Shown here one piece after another: positions 1-12,900 of a DNA stretch of 64,000 nt (position 1 is its first letter; every line of letters begins with the position of its first letter). The stretch spans positions 358,980,001 to 359,044,000 of the forward strand of contig OZ024741.1 of the NCBI GenBank assembly GCA_964016885.1. Direction: 5' to 3'. This DNA is from Eledone cirrhosa (Eukaryota). The position numbers and the translations under genes were made by a program. The notes under the pieces were generated by a model, which searched no databases, was not told the origin of the DNA, and saw nothing but the letters and a program-made list of their open reading frames with translations.

Positions 1-1335
1 CAGTGATAGACTGGTACTTTTTTTATCAACCTCAAAAGGCAAAGTTAACCTCAGCGGGATTTGAATTCAGAGAGCAGAGAGCTGGATCAAATACGATAAA
101 GCATTCTATCCGATGTTCTAACTACTCTGCCAATTTGCTGCCTTATAGATCACATTTTACAGTCTTGAAAAGCAGGGAACACATTTTAGTTAATGTATTT
201 ATAGATACTCTTATAAGGACAGGATGTTCCTGACTAAGACTTTTGATCATAGGTTTATCCCAAACCACATTTTTCAAAAGCAAACTCCTTAACTCTGGGC
301 TGGATTAAGACCTTCTGAGGCCTTAAGAACTTAAAAAATTTCTTTCAGAATGATAAAAACAATTAATTTGAATAAAATGATGCCCCTCTTGATGCCCAAA
401 GTATATGCTTATTTTGCTTAATGATCAATCTAGCCCTGTCATAATCATACAGCCCTGTCATACTCATACAGCCCTGCCAGCTCTTACAAAGTACATTTTA
501 AATAAGTGGATCAGAAAGCAGAAAGGTGCAAGGATCTTCCAGGCCTTTGTTTAATCGCTGTTTTGGAAATTATTTTTACTAGTTGTTTAACACCAGATCT
601 GTTCTAAACTTTTTAGTATAGTACATAGTATCGGAGCTATGACCTCTCAATTTGAAGAAATAGCGGTTCTACCTGGACTGACCCTCTGATCTCCGAGCTA
701 TGCACTCTATTGAGTAACGTTACCTTCGGAGGAACCCCATTTCGGCTGCTTGTATCCGCAATTGTATTCTTTCGGTCTTGGTAGTGAAAATGATTAGAAC
801 CACCGGCTTACAATGTTACCAAGTCCAGATCTGACCATCAATATATTCGAGTGTCCATGGGGTACAGCTGAGATGTACCATCCAACCAAAGGTGTACAGT
901 TTGCCCACTCCACATTTCTCCCCCACCCTTCTTTATTTTTTCTTGATCCTCCTTTTTCCATCTTTTTTTCTCCCTCCCTATTTGTAAATATCATCACTGT
1001 CATCAATTGTTCTCCCTGTTATGGGTTTGACTAAATGGTTAGACTAAAATATAAATAACTGAGATATATCAATAGCTTTGATTTAAAACTGGCTTGGTCT
1101 GTCCAACCAACTCTAGCTGACAGTGAAAATGCATGTTAAATATTGATGATGATGATGATATATAAACACAAACAAAGAAGGCAAATGTATTCTGTTTTCT
1201 TCCTTTTTTTTCATATATAAGAAGATATTGTTAGTGTTTTCATGTTGCCATCAATCCTGCAATCTAAAGGAACTGAAAAACCAACAACAACACAAAAACA
1301 ATACATAAATTAAATAAGTAAATAGTTCTTCTTAC

Positions 1336-1490
1336 CTTATCAATTTGAACTCTTGTGGTCTTCTTGCGATATTCTGCTTCTGTGGGAAGGTTTTCCCATA
1401 ACCGATGTGATGAGTCGTACTTTTCTTTTAAACGAGGGAAATGTTCAAACATGTAATCAATGATGAAAACCTTGATACCCAGAGCTATTC
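1336..1490 (-). CDS. GRAMD4: GRAMD4 exon (IALGIKVFIIDYMFEHFPRLKEKYD...VQIDK)
   Basis: ctattcag acceptor, AAG|gtaaga donor, phase 1 to 0. Confidence 0.9.
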
Positions 1491-2660
1491 CTGAATAGAC
1501 AACAAAAACAAAACAAAAAAATATTTTAATAAATTAATCTATTATATTAAAGCTGTTTTATAATAATGTCAGTTATGCTGAAAACGAGATGGAATGATTG
1601 TATGTATGTGAGAGAAGGGGGAGAAAAAGCATGGTGGTGATGCTGGTGTTTTTTTTTTATCTCATTCTGTAACAAGTCTTTATGTAAATGAGATGAGAAG
1701 ACTGTGTGAGAGAGAGAGGTTTTGGATGCACTTATAATCTCATACTGTAACATGTCTTTATGGAAAGGGGATGGTAAAAGTGAGTATGCAACTTATTTTT
1801 TAAATCCCAGCTAATTATACTCATTGGGTGTCTATGCATAACTTATAAATAAAATATTTAAAATGTCTTTAATATAATAATGAAAATATTGTGTACAGTG
1901 TTCAGGTGCACTACAACTCATCAAAAGTGTATGTATAGTACATAGGGTAATGTACAAACGTTGGGAAAATGAACAGTGCATGAGTCATGATATACACATG
2001 TGTGCATGTGTATGGAAGGGGGACATCAGGTGTAGTTTTGGCGAATTTCGGGAAACATGAGGGTTTTAAAGGATGCAGTGCCTCGGCTGCTAACAACTGA
2101 CGCAAGCAGTTTGTTCCATGCTTCAGCAACTCTAAGCGTGAAAAAATGTTTCCGAAAGTCATATTGATCTGTATACTTGGTGATTGTTTCATGGAATTTC
2201 CATGGGGGCTCAACTAGTATATATATATATATAATAATAATTGTACTGGACTTTTTGTCTGTCTATCACATGAACACTATTCATGAAATAGGGAACAAAA
2301 ACAAAATAATTAATAAGCTAATTAATCAATAGTTAACTATTAATTTTTTTTTCCATCTTAACCACAACAGCCATGCCTGTACATATTAAGTACATTTCAA
2401 CACATTCATGTACATACACACACACATATATATAGATGTGTATATATTAACAGATGTTAAACAATGATGATAATTATATATGATATATATATATATCATT
2501 ATCATCATTGTTTAACATCTGTTTTACCAGCTGGCAAGGGTAGACCTAGTCAGTACAGAAGCAGGGCTACTAATTTTACAGACAGGCTGAGGGGTCTGCA
2601 TCTCGCTTACATACGGGCATACAACTATAGGGTCCTCCCAACCCTTTGTTTGGCAAGCTT

Positions 2661-2718
<58 letters not shown>

Positions 2719-2819
2719 TGTCCGAAATGTTAAGACCCTCTTCCTGCTATATCAAGCGTTAACCTAATATATACCTTCCATATACTGTACTGATTTTGTT
2801 GTTATCTCTGTTTACCTTT

Positions 2820-2862
<43 letters not shown>

Positions 2863-2942
2863 TTTCTACAGTACTAGAACTGTTTCATTTGAAATAAATT
2901 GAGTACCTTACTTACTGTAGTTACCCCCGATTGAACCTGGAA

Positions 2943-2985
<43 letters not shown>

Positions 2986-4340
2986 TTAATTCAACATTAT
3001 TTTATTGCAGTGACTCTCTTTTTCTCTCTCCTACTATCTATCTCTATTCTTCCCTCTATATTCCTCCATCTACCTTTTTCCTCCCTCTCTGTACTATTAC
3101 TACCCTTTCCACCACTTCTGTTCCCTATCCAACACTTTCGTTCAACCTTTATTTCTTCCTTTTGCGATCTAACTACCTACCAGATCAGCTGATCTCTCTT
3201 GCTTGTTAATACTGTCCCAGGACTTATGTCCTACAAACTTGTATTAATTATTTTCATTTCCTGAGGTTACTAACCACACTTATGTGTGCTGCCTTCAATT
3301 GTAACTTTTCCTGTCCCATATCGGTATGTCGATATCTCTTTGATTTTTTTTTGGTTGTGTTTTTTGTTTTTCTTTCTCCAATGTCTGTTGTGTTTCTTCC
3401 CGAATAGCTATCCAAGAATAGTTATTAATGCCCTGTGGTGAATAGTCCTGTCTTCACTGCATTCAAAACTATAATGATCCACAGAAACCACTGATGAGTG
3501 GGAATTGTCCTTGTGTCTTCTATGTTTTCACCTTCATGCTTTCTGAATTATATATATATATTTCATATATGTCTGTCTATGATATAGCTAGCTATGACTG
3601 TTATATGATATACAATAGCTAATTATTATAGTCTGTAAGATGCAGCATAGACATCACAGTCACTGTCAACAACATATCAAGTTACCACTGACTAAATATC
3701 AGTTTTTATGATGTTCTAGAACATTCACATTTACACAACATAGTTTTTATTACTCTTTCTGCATTAACTGGTAATCAAGTATTTTACTACTGCTACTTCT
3801 ATTGTAGTTGTTATTATTATTTACACATCACTAAAATATTGTATTCATTATTAACGATAGAGTGTCACACACCTTGCTTTGCAACATAGCGTTATGGCCC
3901 TTTACGTTCTGAGTTCAAATCCCGCCGAGATTAGCTTTGCCTTTCATCCTTACGGGGTCAATAAAATAAAGCTTATTAAAGGGACATTTAAAAAAAAATT
4001 TGGAACAAGAGATCAGGATGCTAAATTTGTGAAAAAAAATTTGGAATAGAAAATTTGCCTCACCGAGGTGCTGCTAATAAAAAAACAATCTAATAAACTA
4101 AATATTAACATTATGGCTAAAATGATCCACAAGGTAGATCTTAAGGGTAAAGAGACAGCCAATAATCGCTGGCTTAAGATATATGTGTTATACATCACAG
4201 AGGTGTACAAACTAAATATTAAAGTTTGTTAAAGCACATGCTAAAAATAAAGGAGATTAAGATCAGGATGCTAAGTTTGTTAAAACGACATTTAAAAAAA
4301 ATTTTGAATAGAAAATTTGCCTCATCAAGGCACTAAATAA

Positions 4341-4371
<31 letters not shown>

Positions 4372-4574
4372 TAATTATTATTATTAGTTTATTTTTCCCT
4401 TTATATCAGCAAACTACCAGCAGACAAAAACTGAAACTCTTAGATAATATATTGTCTCCTAAGGAGGTATTGGAGTGCAGTTTTCTCAAGAGTTTCAGGC
4501 GAGAAAGTGACATAATTATGTTTCTTTTGTTTGTCCCTTAATTAAAACATAGGTGTAATGTGTATTGCGGGTAG

Positions 4575-5478
4575 ATGTGTGTGTGTGTGTATTGGGAGCA
4601 CGTGACTGTGTATTGGAAGTAGGTGTGTGTGTATTGAGAGCAGGTGTATGTGTGTGTGTATTGGGAGCAGGTGTGTGTGTATTGGGAGCAGGTGTGTGTA
4701 TTGGGAGCAGGTGTGTGTGTGTGTATTGAGAGCAGGTGTGTGTGTGTGTGTGTGTGTATTGGGAGCAGGTGTGTGTGTATTGGGAGCAGATGTGTGTGTA
4801 TTGGGAGCAGGTGTGTGTGCATTGGGAGCAGGTGTGTGTGCATTAAGAGCAGGTGTGTGTGCATTAATAGCAGGTGTGTGTGTATTGGGAGCAGGTGTGT
4901 GTGCATTAAGAGCAGGTGTGTGTGCATTAATAGCAGGTGTGTGTGTATTGGGAGCAGGTGTGTGTGTATTGGGAGCAGGTGTGTGTGTATTGGGAGCAGG
5001 TGTGTGTGTATTGGGAGCAGGTGTGTGTGTATTGGGAGCAGGTGTGTGTGCATTGGGAGCAGGTGTGTGTGCATTGGGAGCAGGTGTGTGTGCATTGGGA
5101 GCAGGTGTGTGTGCATTGGGAGCAGGTGTGTGTGCATTGGGAGCAGGTGTATGTGTGTGTGTATTGGGAGCAGGTGTGTGTGTATTTGCAGCAGGTGTGT
5201 GTGCATTGGGAGCAGGTGTGTGTGTGTGTGTATTGAGAGCAAGTGTGTGTGTGTGTATTGGGAGCAGGTGTGTGTGTGTGTGCATTGGGAGCAGGTGTGT
5301 GTGTGTGTATTGGGAGCAGGTGTGTGTGTATTGGAAGCAGGTGTGTGGGTGTGTATTGGGAGCAGGTGTGTGTGCATTAGGAGCAGGTGTGTGTATTGAT
5401 AGCAGGTGTGTATGTGTGTATTGAGAGCAGGTGTGTGTGTGTGTATTGAGAGCAGGTGTGTGTGTGTATGTGTGTGTA
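4575..5478. repeat. Minisatellite, 21-bp unit GGGAGCAGGTGTGTGTGTATT with variable GT run
   Basis: Roughly 40 tandem copies. Confidence 0.95.
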
Positions 5479-5734
5479 GAGAGTGTTAACCAGTGTTCAC
5501 ATTCCTGAGAAATGGTGATGACAATTCTATTAAATTTCAGTTGTAAGGGTAGTAGGCTGGTGACTGAAGTTGTGAGTTTGATTCCTGGAAAAAGCAGTGC
5601 GTTGTATCCTTGAGCAAAACACTTTACTTTTACGATACTCATAATCCACTCAGCTGGAAAATATAATGCGCTGCTTTTCTCTTGGACAATATTGGTAGTG
5701 TGGAGAGAGCTAAGCCAAGCTGAACTAGACAGAG

Positions 5735-6398
5735 GTGTGTTAATCAGATACGATCCTGGATCAGATCTGATAATATAGGCAGTCAGATAGTGTTGACTAA
5801 TAATACAGACATCAGATCTGATCCTGGAGCAGATTTGATAATACAGGCAGTCTGATACTGTTGACTAACAATACAGACATCCAATCCGATGCCAGATAAG
5901 ATCTGATCCCAGATCAGATCTGGTAATACAGGCAGTCTAATAGTGTTGACTAATAATAGACATCAAATCTGATGCCGGATCAGATCCAATGCCAGGTCAG
6001 ATCTGATAATACAGGCAGTCTGATAGTGTTGACTAATAACATCAATATCAGATTCGATGCTGGATCACAACTGATCCTGTATCAGATCAGATAATAGAGG
6101 CATTCTGTTAGTGTTGACTAATAATACAGACATCTGATCCAATGCTAGATTAGATACAATTCTGAATCAGATCCGATGCCAGATCAGATCCAATAGTGCA
6201 GGTAGTCTGATAGTGTAGACTAATAATACAAACATCAGATCTGATCCCAGATCAGATTTGGCAATACAGGAAATATGATAGTGTTGACTAATAATACAGA
6301 CATCAGATTGGATCCCAGATGAGCTCCGATGATACAGGCAGTCTGATAGTGTTGAATAATAATATAGACATCAGATTCGATCCAGGATCAGATCCAAG
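5735..6398. repeat. Degenerate tandem repeat (gatagtgttgactaataatacagacatcagatc...), about 60-80 bp period
   Basis: About 9 recurrences of gtgttgactaataa separated by CAGATC-rich subrepeats. Confidence 0.85.
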
Positions 6399-6629
6399 TA
6401 TATATATATGAGAATCATATAGTAGGAAAAGAGTCTTAATGTTTCTGACATTAATCTTTCATTGGAGAATAGAATCAACATCATCATCATTGTTTAATGT
6501 CCATTTTTCCACGTTAGCATGGGTTAGACGAGTTGACTTGTTGTGATCAGATCAGGTGACCATGTCTTGCTCATACAGAACTGGTTCTGGCTTGATTTCT
6601 GCAGCTGGATGCCCTTCCTAATGCCAACC

Positions 6630-7092
6630 CCATTTAGTGTGGGCTGGCTGCTTTTTCTTGTGACACCTACATGACCACTTTACAGTGTGTTCTGGGAGCT
6701 TTTTGTTGTGACACCTACACGACCAGTTTACAGTGTGTACTGGGTGCTTTTTGTCGTGACACCTACACAAACACTTTACAGTGTGTACTGGGTGCTTTTT
6801 GTTGTGACACCTTCACGACCACCTTACAGTATGTACTGGGTGTTTTTTGTTATGACACCTATATGACTTCACAGTGTGGGCTGGGTGCTTTTTGTTGTGA
6901 CATCTACATGACCACTTTACAGTGTGGGCTGAGCACTTTTTGTTGTGACACCTTCACAACCACTTTACAGTGGGTGCTTTTTGTTGTGACACGTACATGA
7001 CTATAGTATGGGCTGGGTACATTTTGTATGTCACTAACAAGACCACTTCACAGTGTGGGCTGGGTACATTTTGCCATGTCACCAACTTTACA
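6630..7092 (-). repeat. 48-bp minisatellite derived from the RTE 3'UTR unit
   Basis: About 9-10 units gtgacacctacacgaccactttacagtgtgggctgggtgctttttgtt, attached to a minus-strand LINE tail at 6478-6630. Confidence 0.85.
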
Positions 7093-7440
7093 GAATGAGG
7101 GAGAGAAATGGAAATAGAAAGATAGATGGGAGTAAGAAAAAAAAGAAAACGGAAAAAAACATTTTTTTTCCCAGAGCAAAATATGTGTGTAGTTAGTCAG
7201 CGATTTTGAAATTCTGCATTTCAGTACAAGGTATTAAAGATTTATATATATATATATATACACACACATGCACACGTGAATGTATGTTTGAGTTTGTGCC
7301 TGTGCATAGTAGTTGGATTGTTAAAAAAATACTGGGGTCAATATGATTGAATAAATTGTTGAAGGTAGTGCCCCAGCATGGCTGCAATCTAATGACTGAA
7401 ACTGGTAAAAGAATAAATAAAAATATATAAGAAGACTCAC

Positions 7441-7550
7441 CTGCTACATAGAATATCACAGATGCTTGGAATAGACATGAAACTAGGAAGGCAAGGCATA
7501 CTGTAATGTAGAGTTGTTTGGTAGCTGGAGGATAGCGCCATGTCAGAAGA
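7441..7550 (-). CDS. GRAMD4: GRAMD4 exon (LLTWRYPPATKQLYITVCLAFLVSCLFQASVIFYVA), TM
   Basis: tatgcag acceptor, G|gtgagt donor, phase 2 to 1. Confidence 0.9.
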
Positions 7551-7675
7551 CTGCATAGTAGAGAGAAAGAGAGTGAAAGGGATATATATATTATCTTAGT
7601 ACATTTATAATAAAATATATATATCTGTCCCAATTAATATTATAAAAAATCAGTATATATATACATATATACAAA

Positions 7676-8062
7676 GGCACATGGCTTAGTAGTTAGAGCA
7701 TTGGGCTTGCAATCGAAAGGTTGTGAGTTCAATTCTCAGACCAAGTGATGTGTTGTTTCCTTGAGCAAGGCACTTTATTTCACATTGCTCCAGTTTACTC
7801 AGCTGTAGAAATGAGATGATAGGACTGGGGTCTTTATCATTCCACTGCAAGGTGGTCGTGGAGGTGCCACAGCAAAAAAGCACCCAGCCCACACTGTAAA
7901 TGAGGTTGGTGTTAGGAAGGGCATCCAGCTGTAGAAATCAAGCCAGAATCAGTTCCCGTATGAGCAAGACAAGGTCAGCCGACTGGACACTGCCCACAAC
8001 AGGACAACCCGTCTAACCCATACTAGCGTGGAAGAACGGACGTAAAATGGTGATGATGATGA
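7676..8062 (+). mobile_element. tRNA-derived SINE with CORE/Meta-like body and RTE LINE-derived tail
   Basis: A box TGGCTTAGTAG, B box GTTCAATTC, body ccttgagcaaggcacttt; 3' part matches the LINE 3'UTR; (GAT)n tail. Confidence 0.85.
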
Positions 8063-9549
8063 GTGGTTTTAACGACCCCACGAGAGAGTATCCATGAACT
8101 GGAACTGGAAGCTAGCACTATGGAGAGTATCCAGCAAATAGCTAACTCCATCCACCAAAGCATTAGAGTAACAGTAGACCACCTGACTCAGCACCCCAAA
8201 CATAGACTACCTGTGTTAGACACAGAACTCAGAATGTAAAGAAGCAAAACAAATACTGTTAAGCATGAGTCTGATGCTCAAGTGACTGTTAACCCATCGC
8301 CAAATAATAATAATAATATTTCTTTCAACTAGTAATAACTATGCCTCAGATAACCCTCATTGGCTAGCAGACAAATTTTCAATTAAATTATTAATTATGG
8401 AAATATGATTAAAATATATATTGTGCTGCTTCCACAATGAAATGCACCCAGTACACTCTGTAAAATGGTTAGAAACCATGCCAAACAAAGGGTTGAGAAA
8501 ACACTTCTCTTGTGTCAAGGATATGAAAACCTCTCTTGTACTGGTGCCACAATAAAATGCATCCATGGGTTGCCTTCATTGCAAGATATATACACATATA
8601 TACATGTATAATGTAAAACAGATATTCAAATACTAAATAAAATATTGATAATTAAAAAGGAAACAAAGAAAGTATTAGAAAAACAAAAACATGAATTACA
8701 GAAATGTTTGAGATGAACAGAAAAAAGTAGATCGTATAGCTTCAAGATGGAAATAATAAATTATAAAATTATAACAATTCAGAAAAATAATGAACTACTT
8801 GAAAATATGTTTAAAATAGAAATGAAAAAAAATACATAAATATATAAAAAAAAAATTTTTAAATTCTAAATTAGAAAATATGAGTTATACAATATAATGA
8901 TTGTAGAAAAAAATACCCCCCCAAAAATTTATGAATTATACAATAAGTCATCAACACTATTTTATGTCTGCTTGCATAGGTTGAGCAATTATAAAATAAT
9001 ATATATATATATATATATATTCATTCATTCATTCATATATATATATATATATCATCATCATCATCATCATCATCGTTTAACGTCCATGTTCCACGCTTGC
9101 ATGGGTTTGGACGGGAGTTTTCCCACTTGAGGCAAGAGTGGTTGTCTTGCTCGCATAGGACTGTCTGGCGGGTTTTCTACAGTTGGATGCCCTTCCTAAC
9201 ATATATATATATACATATATATGTATATGTATGTAATGTATGTATATATATATATTACATAACTACTTTAAAAAATAATATGAAGTATTTAATGAAGTAT
9301 ATGTATTTCTATAAAAGTAGAAACCACCTTAAAAATCTACAATTTATAAATTAAAAGTTACGTAAGACATGTGTGTGTATGTGTGTGTGTGTGTGTGTGT
9401 GCAATGTATATTTTAATGCAATTTGTTAATATATATTATATTGGTATGCAAATGAGGCTAATGAGCCAATATATACATATATATACATACAAATATATAT
9501 ATATATATAATAATATATAAGATCAAAAGATGGTTAAAAGAGTTCCATG

Positions 9550-9620
9550 TATTTTATTATGCGCATTTCAAAAACAAATATCATCATGCAATAACATTTG
9601 CGTTTTCGTCAGATAAAATA
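9550..9620 (-). ncRNA. Mirror copy of the hammerhead motif (sense to the GRAMD4 pre-mRNA)
   Basis: Exact reverse complement of 9741-9811. Confidence 0.72.
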
Positions 9621-9740
9621 GGGAGACATGATATGAAGGTTAAAACACACTTGTGAATAGCGCAGTTTTAAATCAACATATATGTTGATTTAAAACTGCA
9701 CTATTCACAAGTGTGTTTTAACCTTCATATCATGTCTCCC

Positions 9741-9811
9741 TATTTTATCTGACGAAAACGCAAATGTTATTGCATGATGATATTTGTTTTTGAAATGCGC
9801 ATAATAAAATA
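9741..9811 (+). ncRNA. Minimal type I hammerhead ribozyme motif
   Basis: Stem I tattttat/ataaaata, core CTGACGA (9749-55), about 16-bp stem II, GAAA (9792-95), palindromic stem III A-TGCGCA-T, cleavage triplet AUA at 9803. Confidence 0.75.
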
Positions 9812-9937
9812 CATGGAACTCTTTTAACCATCTTTTGATCTTATATATTATTATTTATACTCCAGTCCTACAAACTGTAGAGTGCTACTTATCCGATATC
9901 TGCATTGCTTTATTGTACTACAATAAAACTCACCTCC

Positions 9938-9974
<37 letters not shown>

Positions 9975-10007
9975 AAAACATATATATACAAATATATATA
10001 CATACAA

Positions 10008-10042
<35 letters not shown>

Positions 10043-10135
10043 AAGAAAACATATATATACAAATATATATACATATATATACATACAAACATATGCACAC
10101 AAATATATATATATACAAACATATACATATATATA

Positions 10136-10410
10136 GGTTTCAGCCAGTACTGGCTCCTCAGGCCATTTCTAACTTAATAGCACCACCTGGCAAAGCCTTT
10201 CAAATCAGGATTTGGAATCTGGCTCACTCAAGTAGAGAGTTATTATTTATGGAAACATATTTGGGTGTAGGAGGTTTATCTGGGATTTTTTGGAGGAATT
10301 TGTTGAAAGACATTTTGAATTTTATGGGATCCGTTTCTGTTTTAATGTGTTTTGGTGTAATGTTAAAGTGAGCGGGACCAGTTGAGATGAAATAATTGTG
10401 TCGTAATGTT
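10136..10410 (-). mobile_element. C-terminal fragment of a CR1/L2/Jockey-group LINE
   Basis: GPAHFNITPKHIK...FKMSFNKFLQKIPDKPPTPKY...NSLLE. Confidence 0.6.
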
Positions 10411-12259
10411 ATATACAAATATATATACAAATATATATACAAATATATATATAAACTTGTGCTGATGCCACAGGTTGAACAAGTTGGTCCTTAGGGCTAA
10501 TGAAACGTATGTTCCTGGTATGGCACCATTGTAATATCTGGCGCTTAATAATTATATTCAAATTCTCCCTACAAACTTGAGTTGCTCTAAACCTTGGATA
10601 TTTTTATATTGCTATTACTACTACAATTATATACACACACACAAATATATATATATATTTGTGTGTATATATATGTGTATATAAAAGTTATAAAATATAA
10701 AAATATAAATTAAATAAATTTCTTGAGTATTTGAAAAGAAAAAAAAAGGAACAATAAAATATGACATTAAAAAGAAAAGATGGTATCTATGGTGCTTGCT
10801 ATTATTTTTACAAAACAGCTAAAAGGTTTGTGAATTGTAATTTCCTCTCCGGTCATGCTTCAAATACCACTTAAAGAGAATGGTGAGTATAACTAAAGTG
10901 GAGTTGTCTTCTTTTGTGTTCCATGAAACCTGGTTGAGAGCAGCAAGATTGACTATGCTGAATGGGACTTCTATGACTCCGCTAAATTGGTAGTGCTGGT
11001 GTCATGATCAAATGTAAAGTGATTAGTGTTCGGAAGAGCATTCAGTTGTAGAAACCTTGCCAAAATATGTCACACATGTCTCATCTCGGACTGTGACAAT
11101 TCGTCTAACCCATTCCACCTTGGAAAATGGATATAAAATGATAATGATGAGGAGGAAGAGGAAGAGGTAAGAAACAGGAAGAAGCACTTTCAATGCCCTT
11201 GATGCTACAGAGTAATCTGGGAGTTTTCATGAGGTTTTCTAAGGAATTACCTTAAGTGGTTATCCTTTCCTAGTGGGGAACTTTCCTTTGTTGATTTTTT
11301 TATTACTGTTTTGTATTATTATCATTATTCTTTATTTCCGATATTGTTATTGTTATATCTTCGGTTTTCCTTTGTTGATGTCCCCAACACGGACGTCCTT
11401 GTGGCCAATAAAAGAAATCGTTATTTCTTAAAAACATCATATCATCTAACATCTGTCTTGGGAGGAAGAATGGCCAGGATTGATATATAGTTTGGTTTGA
11501 AGCTATTCAAAATAACCTTTTAATAGTTTAAACTACCAATCAATATCATTGATTTTTCTCTTCTTTATTCTTTAAAGTTGAGAGTCTCATTGAACTATAT
11601 AGATAAGCCTGTCTTTTTCTTTCAAAATATCATAATAGTAATAATAATGATTTCTGATTTAGGATCAGGGCTGGCAATTTAGTGATAGAGAAAAGTCAAT
11701 TAAATTGTACCCAAGGATGAAAAACAAAGTTGATCTCAGTGGTAAAGATCTCAGAAACTAAAGAATGCCACGAGGTATTTTGTCTTATGTTCTAACGATT
11801 CTACCAACTATTTGTAATAATGATGATGATGATGATAATAATAGACTTTAAATCACAAATTGTTTTCCTACAAAAGATGGCCCTGTTGGACACTGCCAAT
11901 TTACTCAGGAAAGAACTGTCTATTTAAGGTCCTTGTTAAGACACAACTGGCAGTAGAAGATCCAGTAGTTATCATATTTACTGTAAAAACCATACATACA
12001 TACAACTACTACTACTACTAATAATAATAATGGTTTCTGATTTAGGCACAAGGCCAGCAATTTGAAGAGGATGGAGAAAGTCGATTAAATCGACCCCAGT
12101 GTATTACTGGTGCTTTATTTTATCGAACCCGTAAGGATGAACAGCAAAGCTAACCTTATCGGGATTTCAACTCAGAACATAAAGGGCCTTAACTCTGTGC
12201 CACGAAGCAGGTTGTCTGGCACTCTACCAATACTGTCAATATGAAAAGAAGTAACATAT

Positions 12260-12900
12260 TGATAAGACTAGGGATTCCCCTTTGTGTATGATGTGTGGAG
12301 CTAAAAGAGAGACTATAAGCTACATAGTAAGTAAATCCTCCAAACTAATTCAAAGAGAATACAAGAGAAGGCATGACAACTGAACGCACATTGTTTACTG
12401 GAAGCTTTGTGAGAAGTTTTGTTTTGAGAGAGAGAGAGAGAGCTAATAAATGGTATGTACATAACCCAAAGAGTGTCACTGATAATGTTGTGGTTAAAAT
12501 ATTGTAGGATTTTATGATACTATGTGACAATATGATTGAAGCAAGGAAGTCAGATGTAGTAATTGTCAACAAGAAAATCAAACATTGTATTATAATGGAT
12601 ATTGCATTTCCTGGTGATGAAAAAAGAGGAGGAAAAGGTAAACACATATCTCAAACAGGTTATATTATGACAAATGAAAAAGGTAAAAATAGTGCCTGTG
12701 GTAGTTGAAGCACTTGGAACGTTGTCAAGGAAATTAGAGGATTGGCTTGGGAAGCTCAGAATAGAAATAAATATACACATTACAAAAAACAGCAAGAATT
12801 TTGAGAAAAGTTTGGGAATCTCGGGTCATTTGTTATGACACGCTTCCAAAGCTTAAATTCGGTTGAAGATCTACCAGCATTCAAGAGACAATAATAATAA
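12260..12900 (+). mobile_element. 3' fragment of an R4/Dong-like non-LTR element (restriction-like endonuclease region)
   Basis: KWYVHNPKSVTDN..VKIL*DFMILCDNMIEARKSDVVIVNK..CIIMDIAFPGD; followed by (TAA)n; a further terminal piece at about 11850-11990. Confidence 0.7.

Larger units (their letters stand above)
9507..9940. mobile_element. Fold-back Penelope-like pLTR / retrozyme-like element in a (TA)n tract
   Basis: 348-bp spacerless palindrome 9507-9854 (one mismatch seen) plus a unique 3' extension containing AATAAA; TA microsatellite on both sides. Confidence 0.6.

Noticed and set aside
4008-4350. Local tandem duplication (gatcaggatgctaa...)
   Set aside because: Ordinary short duplication with no further structure; the same applies to the duplicated SINE pieces at 15041-15340
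4538-5642. Long ORFs in several frames (His/Thr or Cys/Val repeats)
   Set aside because: Translations of a 21-bp minisatellite on both strands; no gene structure
5735-7092. CRISPR-like repeat arrays
   Set aside because: Eukaryotic context, no unique spacers, no cas genes; these are degenerate tandem repeats
7676-7745. tRNA gene
   Set aside because: tRNA-like head continues into a SINE body; multiple degenerate copies
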